Source: an uncultured Bacilli bacterium
GTDB taxonomy: Bacteria > Bacillota_I > Bacilli_A > RF39 > UBA660
Direction: 5' to 3'
Assembly (NCBI GenBank): GCA_944358145.1
Contig: CALVQO010000003.1
Span: forward strand, 1-35,677
Length of the DNA stretch: 35,677 nucleotides
Below, in pieces: positions 27,965 through 35,677 of this stretch. The position numbers and the translations under genes are program-made. Every line of letters starts with the position of its first letter. Positions within the stretch are counted from its first letter, which is position 1. Under the pieces are notes generated by a model. The model had not been told where the DNA came from. It was given only the letters and a program-made list of their open reading frames with translations, and did no database searches.

Positions 27965-29347
27965 CTAATTAGACACTTTTTGATTTAAAATTAGTTTTGC
28001 TACTTGATTAACAGGTCCAGCCCCAATAGTTAAGATTAAATCATTAGGTTGTACATGTTCCATTAAATAAAGTGCAATTTTATCATAAGTAGGAATATGA
28101 ATAACATTAGGATTTTCTTTTTGAATTAATTTTACCAAATCATCTTCCTTAACATTCCAAATGTTTGTTTCTCTAGCTGGATAAATATCACAAATAATAA
28201 CGTGATCAAATTTACTTAAAATATTAGCAAATTCTTGTAAATGTTCAAAAGTTCTACTATAAGTATGAGACTGAAAAACAGCCCAAGTCTCATGATGTTT
28301 AATAGATTTACTAGAATCATAAGTGGAAGCAATTTCAGTTGGATGATGAGCAAAATCATCAAATACATGAGCACCATTATATTCACCCAAATATTCAAAT
28401 CGCCTTCCTACACCATGAAATTCTTTTAATGCTTTTTTTACTACTTCAAGATCAATATGATAATTAATACTCATTGCTATTGTAGCTAAAGCATTTAATA
28501 CATTATGTCTACCCAAAACACCTAATGTAAAAGTATCCAAATATTCATGATTAAAATAAACATCGAAAGTAGGGAACCCTAATTCTGAATAACAAATATT
28601 TTTAGCCATTAAATTAGCATCATGTTGAATACCATAAGTAAGTAAATGATCATGATTTAAAGTTAAATCATCAATATTTTCATCATCAATATTAACAACT
28701 AAAAAACCATTTTTAGGTAACAAATCAATATATTTTTGAAAAGATTTTTTAGTATTTTCAACAGTTTTAAAATAATCTAAATGATCATCATCAATATTCA
28801 ATATAATTTCACTAGTAGGATGAAAATGCAAGAAAGAATCTACATACTCACAAGCTTCTAAAATAAAATACTTTTTTCCACCAATATAATAATTACCATG
28901 AATTTTCTGTAAAGAAGCCCCAATATTAATTGTTGGATTAAGACCCGCTTCTAAAAAGACAGAAGCCACCATACTAGTAGTAGTACTTTTTCCATGAGTT
29001 CCACTAATACAAATTAAATTTTCATATTGTTTAGTATATTCTCCTAAAAATACAGCTCTTTCAACAGCTTCAATACCATGACTTCTAGCATAAGATAGTT
29101 CAACATCATCATCATGTATAGCAGCAGTATAAATTACTAAGTCTGCATTTTGAATCAATTCCACTTGATGACCAATTACAACCTTTATTCCAATACTTTC
29201 CAAATATTTAGTATGTTCTGATTCTTGCATATCACTACCAGTAACATTCTTTCCATCATGCTTTAACATAGCAGCTATAGCATACATACTAGCCCCACCA
29301 ATACCAATTAAATGTATATTTTGATATTCTTTTATTTCTTTTTTCAT
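27965..29347 (-). CDS. murC: UDP-N-acetylmuramate--L-alanine ligase
   Basis: IGIGGASM, GTHGKSTTT, EACEY, DHLDYF, GVGRRF, DDFAHHPTE and FQSHTYSRT motifs; ATG 29347 after GAGGTG. Confidence 0.96.
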   Translation of the reverse strand: MKKEIKEYQNIHLIGIGGASMYAIAAMLKHDGKNVTGSDMQESEHTKYLESIGIKVVIGHQVELIQNADLVIYTAAIHDDDVELSYARSHGIEAVERAVFLGEYTKQYENLICISGTHGKSTTTSMVASVFLEAGLNPTINIGASLQKIHGNYYIGGKKYFILEACEYVDSFLHFHPTSEIILNIDDDHLDYFKTVENTKKSFQKYIDLLPKNGFLVVNIDDENIDDLTLNHDHLLTYGIQHDANLMAKNICYSELGFPTFDVYFNHEYLDTFTLGVLGRHNVLNALATIAMSINYHIDLEVVKKALKEFHGVGRRFEYLGEYNGAHVFDDFAHHPTEIASTYDSSKSIKHHETWAVFQSHTYSRTFEHLQEFANILSKFDHVIICDIYPARETNIWNVKEDDLVKLIQKENPNVIHIPTYDKIALYLMEHVQPNDLILTIGAGPVNQVAKLILNQKVSN

Positions 29348-29491
29348 CTGCTTCACCTCATAACTTTATTATATTATATACTCGAAAATATGGTTTAAGC
29401 AATAAAAATTCTTTTTTTTTATGTAAAACAATGTTATAATTAAATTGGTTAATTTTAAATAATAATTTTTAATATATATTGGGAGGAGTTT

Positions 29492-30361
29492 ATGAGAGTT
29501 TTAAAATATTTAGTATTTGCTAATGTTATTTGTTTTGTAGCTCTTTGTAGTGCAAATGCAGCATCATGTACATATAAATATAATAATTATACTTATGAAT
29601 GTAATGTTACAACAAACTCATTAAGTTGTGATTTTCTATATAATAATAATTTAAGTAAAGATGCCATTAATACAAGTAATTTAAACATGACATTAAGTGA
29701 AGATGATTTTATTAATAGTGATGGTGAAGTAGACTGTAATGAGGTTAGAAATTTATACTTTGATCAAAATATAAATAATCGTTCTATTCAAATAATTTAT
29801 GATATTAGAAGTGATAATAATAATTGTCCAATTCATACACAAAGATATAATGCAAGACCTGGAGATTTTCTTACAGAAACAAATGGATGTGTAACTTATT
29901 CATTAAGCAATTCTTCTAATGATGATAGCAATGGAAATACATCTGATGAAGATGGAGGATTTAATCCTGGATCAGGGACAGGTACAGGATCTGGTAATAC
30001 AGGTGATGGTGAATTTAACACTGAAAATTTTTGCAGTGGATCAGTTCAAGGAGTATTTACAACTATAGGTTGGGTATTTTTCATTGCTAAAATTTTAATA
30101 CCTATAGTATTAATTATATTTGGAAGTATAGATTTTGGAAGAGCAATAATAGCAAATAAAGACGATGAAATTAAGAAATCTGCTAAATCATTAGTTATGC
30201 GTGCTGTAGCAGGAGTAATTATTTTCTTCATTCCAACTCTATTAAATTTTGTTGTTGAAATTATCGGTGGAGATGATTTATATAATGGCACATTTGCCAC
30301 TTGTACTCACTGTATGTTAGAACCAACAGATTCTAGTTGTAGAAAGTTAATAGGTGATTAA
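29492..30361 (+). CDS. Secreted Cys-rich domain fused to a C-terminal VirB2/TrbC-like pilin hairpin
   Basis: Signal peptide (SANA), G/S/T/D linker, then IPIVLIIFGSIDFGRAII-KDDEIKK-RAVAGVIIFFIP; GGAGGAG RBS. Confidence 0.7.
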   Translation: MRVLKYLVFANVICFVALCSANAASCTYKYNNYTYECNVTTNSLSCDFLYNNNLSKDAINTSNLNMTLSEDDFINSDGEVDCNEVRNLYFDQNINNRSIQIIYDIRSDNNNCPIHTQRYNARPGDFLTETNGCVTYSLSNSSNDDSNGNTSDEDGGFNPGSGTGTGSGNTGDGEFNTENFCSGSVQGVFTTIGWVFFIAKILIPIVLIIFGSIDFGRAIIANKDDEIKKSAKSLVMRAVAGVIIFFIPTLLNFVVEIIGGDDLYNGTFATCTHCMLEPTDSSCRKLIGD

Positions 30362-30362
30362 G

Positions 30363-31568
30363 ATGAAAAAATATATAATTTTAGCAATATTATTATTCAG
30401 TTTTAATTTAACAAATGTACATGCTACACCTATAGAAGATGAATGTATAGAAAATGGAACTTGTGAAGTTTTATGTAATTATGAAACAATTGTAAGTAAT
30501 GGCAAAAATAATGGCCAATGGAGACGAAATTTAACTATTTATTATGCTTTTGACGAAGGCTTATATATTAAATATCAGTCACCTACTGGTCAAGAAGTAC
30601 GAGAATATTCTAAAGGACCATATCCATCATTTAGTTATACACTCTCTAATGCCGGAGGATTTAACGTTTATTGGGGAATAGACTATACACCAGAGATAAG
30701 TAATTTTTCATGTCCAACAAATGGCTATATCGATACAAATGGCTTTAATGGTGGAAATGAAATTTGCTTTGACAATGATGGTGTAACTTGTAAAGAGGAA
30801 TACAGTAATTTTGCAACTTCATTTGGATTTGATCATAATTTTATTTCACAAAAAAAAGATTATGATTTTGAAGAACAAATAGCGAATTACAAAAACTGGA
30901 TATTTGGCGATATAAAAGAAGATATTTCAAACGGTACATTTAAAAATGAAGAAGAAATATATGATAAGATAGTAAAAGACTTCCAAGAAAATTTTTTGAG
31001 TGGCAATACATTACCAGCTTTCATGGCTAATTCTAAAGCCTTCCAAGATATATATAATAGTATCATAGAAGAATTTGAAGAAACAAAGCAAGAAGCTTTA
31101 GATGACGCAAAACAAGATGTCGCTGATGGAAATAAAACTCAAGAAGAATATGATGAAATAGCTAATAATTGGGAAAATTTAGATAGTGAAAAGTTAGAAG
31201 AAGAAGCCCAAAAAGCACTTGATACTATTCAACGAGAAAGTATTGAAAGTACATTAGAGTGGGAAGCTGACACTTGCAGCAGTTTTTTAGGCGATAAAAA
31301 TGATAGTAACGATCCGGCTTACTATTTGAATTTTATATTCAATTTATTGAAATATATTGCTATAGTTATATTATTTGTATTTTCTATAATAGAATTTGGA
31401 AAAGCCGTTATCTCAAATGATAATGATGCTTTAAAAAAAGCTGTACAAAAAACAATAAAAAGATTAGTAATATGTATTGTAATATTTTTCTTGCCTCAAT
31501 TAATTAATTTTATTATGGAACTTTTAGGAGTAATAGAAGATCCAACTTGTGGAATAGGGGTGAGATAA
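30363..31568 (+). CDS. Second secreted-domain / VirB2-like pilin hairpin fusion
   Basis: Signal peptide (NVHA), Cys-rich and acidic helical regions, then IIEFGKAVIS-DALKKA-KRLVICIVIFFLP; AGGTGAT RBS. Confidence 0.7.
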   Translation: MKKYIILAILLFSFNLTNVHATPIEDECIENGTCEVLCNYETIVSNGKNNGQWRRNLTIYYAFDEGLYIKYQSPTGQEVREYSKGPYPSFSYTLSNAGGFNVYWGIDYTPEISNFSCPTNGYIDTNGFNGGNEICFDNDGVTCKEEYSNFATSFGFDHNFISQKKDYDFEEQIANYKNWIFGDIKEDISNGTFKNEEEIYDKIVKDFQENFLSGNTLPAFMANSKAFQDIYNSIIEEFEETKQEALDDAKQDVADGNKTQEEYDEIANNWENLDSEKLEEEAQKALDTIQRESIESTLEWEADTCSSFLGDKNDSNDPAYYLNFIFNLLKYIAIVILFVFSIIEFGKAVISNDNDALKKAVQKTIKRLVICIVIFFLPQLINFIMELLGVIEDPTCGIGVR

Positions 31569-31569
31569 T

Positions 31570-33720
31570 ATGTTTGAAGAAATCTTAAATGTTATTCAAA
31601 CGGGAATATTTTGGCTTTTGTTAAAAATTGATGGTATTGTTTACACTTTTATCGACTGGGTATATCAAATAATTTTGTTATTAGCTAATGGAAACATACT
31701 AACTAATAGGGAATTTTTAAATGAATTGATAAACAGAATGTATATCGTAGTTGGAGTTATAGTTTTATTTTTAGTAGCTTATTCATTAATTAGAAGTATG
31801 GTTAATCCTGATGATGCATTAAAAGGAAAGGAATCACCAGCTAAAGTTATTCAAAATGTTATTATATCTGTTGTACTAATAGCTATTACACCTTATGTAT
31901 TTGACTTTGCAATGCGCTTTCAAACAGCTTTATTACAACAAAACACAATTGGAAAAATAATTTTAGGCGAGGGAAGTGGAGACATATCTTCAGAAGAGAC
32001 AATTAATGAAGGTGGCTTTACAATTGCTATAGATGTTTTTCAAGCTTTTTTTCAACCAAACACCAGAATAGGTTATTGTACTGGAATTGAGTCAATAGAT
32101 GCAAACTATCCAGACTGTAAACCTTTAAATAATGTTACAATAGGAACTTATACTAGCTACTATGATTGGTGGGATACAGAAGTTATCCAAAATAAAAACT
32201 TGTTTGCAATTGCTCAAGCATCTCATTTAGTAGCAGATGAAAGCATATCATACACATTTTTAATTTCTACAGCAGCTGGAGTCTTTGTATTGTATGTATT
32301 GGCATTATATTGTATTGAAATAGCAATAAGATTAGTAAAGCTGGCATTTTACCAACTAATTGCACCACTCCCAATTTTAACTAGAATAGTGCCAAAAGAT
32401 GATGTAAAAAAAATGTTTGATAATTGGATAAAAGCAACATTATCAACCTACCTTGAAGTATTTGTAAGACTAGGAATATTATTTTTTGCAATTTTTATAA
32501 TCAGGCTTATAATAGACAATTTTATGAGCATATTTAATGTTTTAGGAGAAAATTGGGGTAATGTAAATCCTGTCTTAGTTTTAATTGCTCAAGTGTTAGT
32601 TATTGTTGGAATCTTCCTATTTGTAAAACAGGCTCCTCAAATTATTAAAGATATTACAGGTCTTGATGGTGGAAAATATGGCAAAGCATTAATCAAAGGT
32701 GCTGGAATGATAGCTGCTTCTATTGGTGGAGGAACAACAGCAACAATAAGAAGTTTTGTTAGTGATAAAGATAAACCTTTACCTCAAAGACTCGGCCGAG
32801 CATTTACAGCAGGATTAAGTGGAACTACAAAAGGATTACATCAAGGAAGCAAAATTGATAAATTTGGTGATATGCCAAAAGCCGCGGGAACAGCATCCTC
32901 TAACGCTCTTAGTGGAAGAGCAAGAAGAGAAGCTGCAGGTGGTTGGAAAGGTTATTTTGGAGCTCAAAAAGATACATTATTATCAAAGGGAAAAAATTGG
33001 CTAAATGTTGATAATAATGATCGAGTACAAGAATTTGCTGGGAATTTAGATAAAGATATTAGCCAATCTCAAGGAGTATATAAAAAGAGTCAAGACTATA
33101 TTGATGCCAAAGCATTACAAACTAAGCTAAAAAATAGTATTAAAGATTATGACCAAGCATGGAATAATATTTTACTAGAAGCACAAAATGATGAAAGAAC
33201 AAAAGACCCAACGAAGGAAGGATATATTTCTGCGGAAGAGTTAGCTCAACAAAACTTTATTCAACGCTTTGGAAAATCAATAGATGCAATGCATATTGAG
33301 TTAAATGCTGCTAATAATACTGTTGAAGGAATTAAAATCAATGAATCAAGGAAAAAAGCAACCTCTGTTGCTGCTGGAGCAAGAGATTTTGTCTTCCAGC
33401 TCCAACGTTTTTCTGATTTGAAATTTGACGTTCAAGATGCAATAAAAATAAAATTGCAAAAGGATCCAAATGAAGCTCAACGACTAATTAATGCATATAA
33501 TAATTACAGCAAATTTAATGATGATCCTGAAAAATTATATGAACAAATAACATTAGACTTACAAAGTAAAGATGATACTATGGTAAAGAAAGCATTAGAT
33601 TATATAGATGCTTTAGACATGGCTAAGAACTATGCATTAGACTTGCAAAGTACTGCTGCTTTCAAAGAAACAGTATTTAAAGCAAAAGTTAAAGATACTT
33701 CTGGAGATAAAAAGAAATAA
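31570..33720 (+). CDS. VirB6/TrbL-like polytopic membrane protein (Mbov_0396-like)
   Basis: Multiple TMs; AIRLVKLAFYQLIAPLPI..FDNWIK..YLEVFVRL; FVKQAP..I motif followed by a Gly/Ala-rich stretch and a helical tail. Confidence 0.7.
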   Translation: MFEEILNVIQTGIFWLLLKIDGIVYTFIDWVYQIILLLANGNILTNREFLNELINRMYIVVGVIVLFLVAYSLIRSMVNPDDALKGKESPAKVIQNVIISVVLIAITPYVFDFAMRFQTALLQQNTIGKIILGEGSGDISSEETINEGGFTIAIDVFQAFFQPNTRIGYCTGIESIDANYPDCKPLNNVTIGTYTSYYDWWDTEVIQNKNLFAIAQASHLVADESISYTFLISTAAGVFVLYVLALYCIEIAIRLVKLAFYQLIAPLPILTRIVPKDDVKKMFDNWIKATLSTYLEVFVRLGILFFAIFIIRLIIDNFMSIFNVLGENWGNVNPVLVLIAQVLVIVGIFLFVKQAPQIIKDITGLDGGKYGKALIKGAGMIAASIGGGTTATIRSFVSDKDKPLPQRLGRAFTAGLSGTTKGLHQGSKIDKFGDMPKAAGTASSNALSGRARREAAGGWKGYFGAQKDTLLSKGKNWLNVDNNDRVQEFAGNLDKDISQSQGVYKKSQDYIDAKALQTKLKNSIKDYDQAWNNILLEAQNDERTKDPTKEGYISAEELAQQNFIQRFGKSIDAMHIELNAANNTVEGIKINESRKKATSVAAGARDFVFQLQRFSDLKFDVQDAIKIKLQKDPNEAQRLINAYNNYSKFNDDPEKLYEQITLDLQSKDDTMVKKALDYIDALDMAKNYALDLQSTAAFKETVFKAKVKDTSGDKKK

Positions 33721-34403
33721 TGTTCGGATTTAATGAAGCAAAAAAATCAGTTAATAATTGGACTAAAAACATTAAAGAAAAATACGAAAAAGAACTAACA
33801 ATAATTGATAAAATTATAGAATTAATAAATCAAATATTAAATATTTGGAAAAGTGATTTAGGATATAGAAAATATAATCAAAAAATTTTAATGTTCAAAT
33901 ATCAGTATTTTAACTTTCCTAGCTTTGATTTATTTTATAAAAATTATCTTGAAATAATTAGATCAGAAACTTTAGTAAAGCTTAACAAAAAAGGATATAA
34001 TGATTTTAGCGCCAAATTAGGGATTATAAAGTTTTTATTGAAACAATATAACTATCCAATAACAGAAATAAAAGATTTAAAAGAATTTTTAAACTGTTTA
34101 CAAAAATATCAATTTTTAATTGAACAAAGGGAAAAATATAAAAATAGTTTAATTCTGGAAAATTATTCTTTGATTTACTACAATTGTCTTTCAATAAGCT
34201 CATATCAAAAAAAATATTCGGAACTTTATAAAATTATTGGGAGATATGAAGATATTGATATTATATTAGGACCATATGGTGAGAAGATAAAAAGCGAAGA
34301 TCCTATATCTTTTACATTTATAAGTAGTCTAGAAACACTTTTGATTAATTTGGAAAATGAAAAAGCAATAATCGAACTATCTTATCATTCTAAAAATCGT
34401 TAA
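33720..34403 (+). CDS. Hypothetical protein, possibly truncated
   Basis: TAATG coupling to the upstream gene; no recognisable motif. Confidence 0.5.
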   Translation: MFGFNEAKKSVNNWTKNIKEKYEKELTIIDKIIELINQILNIWKSDLGYRKYNQKILMFKYQYFNFPSFDLFYKNYLEIIRSETLVKLNKKGYNDFSAKLGIIKFLLKQYNYPITEIKDLKEFLNCLQKYQFLIEQREKYKNSLILENYSLIYYNCLSISSYQKKYSELYKIIGRYEDIDIILGPYGEKIKSEDPISFTFISSLETLLINLENEKAIIELSYHSKNR

Positions 34404-34752
34404 AATATGACCAAAATTTAGAAGTAGATTTAATATAATTTTTATTTGATATGTTATATACCATTATTTAACAATAAGTGAAGAAGAAAAAGAATTAGAA
34501 CAAGAAGAAGAGGAAGAGTCAAAATGTTTAGATGAATTTCTTTATAAAGAACAAATTTTAAGAATGTATGATTTGAAAGTAGAACTAAAAAAGTTTAAAG
34601 GAAGATAAATGATTCTTCTTTTTTCTTTATAATTTATAGCAAAATAAAAGTTTTTTATGTAAATTACAATAAAGAAACAACTTTTTCAAGTGAGTTTCCA
34701 CCGTTTGACAATTTTCGACACCTTCTTATGTTATGATAGAAGCTAAACTTAA

Positions 34753-35589
34753 ATGAGAGGAGGTGCGAATATAAAAACAGAAACATTTGTTAACCTAACT
34801 AATGACATTCTATTTAAATATGTCTTTAGTCATGAAGAATTGACGTTTGATTTATTAAAATCTTTCTTTAATTATATAGGTATTCCTAAAGAAATAGAAA
34901 GTATACAAGTATTCAAAGATTATTCGATATATGGAACTAACATGGAAGATAAAGTTTTTTATAGTGATATTGTTGCTATATTAGAAGATACGGAATATAT
35001 ATCCATAGAAATGTACACATATTTTAGTAAAGAAGAATATATGAAAAGTGCATCTTATTTATCTAGATTATTTGCTAATCAGTTAAAAAGAGGTGATCTT
35101 TATACAAAAGCCAAAAAAGTGTACAGTATCAACTTTATGACGGGAAATTATTCAGAAGAAAATAAAGACATAGTAAATGATTATGGTTTCATTAGAAAAA
35201 TTGAAACGCCTAGCAAAGACAATGAATTCATTATCATGTACCTGATAAGACTTGATAAAGTCAGCAAAATAGTATACAATAAGAATGAATCAAGATTAGT
35301 AAGGTGGTTAAGACTAATGAAATCAGAAAGTATAGAAGAAATGGAAAGTATAGCGAAAGGAGATAAAACAATGGAACAAGCAATAGAATACGTAGATGCC
35401 TTCTTAAAAGAAGAAGGAACAACATTTCAAGATAAGATAGAGTATGAAAAAGCCAAGTCAGAAGCAAAAGGCCGTGAAGATGACAAAAAAGAAACGGCTA
35501 AGAATATGCTAAATAAAAGTTACTCTATTTCTGAGATAATGGATATCACTGGTTTAAGTCAAACAGAAATTGAAGCATTAAAAAAATAG
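34753..35589 (+). CDS. Rpn-family (PD-(D/E)XK) recombination-promoting nuclease / putative transposase
   Basis: NDILFKYVF, SDI......ISIEM, QLKRGDLY..KKVYSINF, WLRL and C-terminal AKNML..I..ITGLS..EI motifs. Confidence 0.88.
   Translation: MRGGANIKTETFVNLTNDILFKYVFSHEELTFDLLKSFFNYIGIPKEIESIQVFKDYSIYGTNMEDKVFYSDIVAILEDTEYISIEMYTYFSKEEYMKSASYLSRLFANQLKRGDLYTKAKKVYSINFMTGNYSEENKDIVNDYGFIRKIETPSKDNEFIIMYLIRLDKVSKIVYNKNESRLVRWLRLMKSESIEEMESIAKGDKTMEQAIEYVDAFLKEEGTTFQDKIEYEKAKSEAKGREDDKKETAKNMLNKSYSISEIMDITGLSQTEIEALKK
35252..35280 (+). promoter_or_regulatory. Intragenic sigma-A promoter within rpn
   Basis: TTGATA (35252-35257), 17-nt spacer, TACAAT (35275-35280). Confidence 0.5.
35371..35589 (+). 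CDS. Putative nested small protein (RpnS-like, 72 aa)
   Basis: AAAGGAGA at 35356-35363, 7 nt before in-frame ATG 35371. Confidence 0.55.
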   Translation: MEQAIEYVDAFLKEEGTTFQDKIEYEKAKSEAKGREDDKKETAKNMLNKSYSISEIMDITGLSQTEIEALKK

Positions 35590-35641
35590 TGCTTCTTTTT
35601 TTTAAAACTAATATTTACTACTATCCCTTTAAAAATAAATA

Positions 35642-35671
35642 TGTTATAATAATTAAGTAAAATTAGGAGGT
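35642..35671 (+). promoter_or_regulatory. Extended -10 and RBS of the next gene (outside the window)
   Basis: TGtTATAAT followed by AGGAGGT at the window end. Confidence 0.6.
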
Positions 35672-35677
35672 AGTAGT

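Noticed and set aside
34686-34720. GAGTTTCCACC resembling a purine-riboswitch core
   Set aside because: The other conserved loops and helices are absent, and the region overlaps rpn promoter boxes.
2751-35467. Short overlapping ORFs in the track (e.g. 2751-3104, 10550-10852, 16754-17185, 17483-17878, 20297-20797, 23890-24105, 30046-30300, 35261-35467)
   Set aside because: They overlap well-supported genes in another frame or strand and show no recognisable motifs.
29492-35589. Complete ICE or conjugative element
   Set aside because: No integrase, relaxase, VirB4, coupling protein or att repeats are visible in the window.

Overview
Low-GC, AT-rich chromosomal segment using genetic code 11. 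It comes from a walled Bacillota/Bacilli genome and resembles the reduced gut Bacilli of the RF39 type (inference). The backbone is housekeeping: mscL-miaA-cca-dnaD-nth, ftsK, ftsY-ylxM, pyk, clpC, thyA/folA/tmk, pduL-dusB and murC. Accessory features are: (i) an IS1634-family element inserted in the TRAM domain of miaB; (ii) a type III toxin-antitoxin locus with three 36-37-nt ToxI-like repeats, a terminator and a frameshifted toxN/abiQ; (iii) TasA-like and other secreted proteins plus a SipW-like protein that lacks its catalytic residues; (iv) two large VirB2-like pilin fusions with a VirB6-like membrane protein; (v) a decayed YhcG/DUF1016 gene; (vi) an Rpn nuclease gene with an internal promoter and RBS for a small C-terminal protein. 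The strongest candidate for an undescribed system is the operon at 21082-25534. It encodes a transsulfuration-family PLP enzyme, DapF, a GNAT and a DAP-type MurE, which together suggest that a cysteine thioether (lanthionine or cystathionine) replaces diaminopimelate in the peptidoglycan. All family calls come from motif recognition by eye; no database searches were run.
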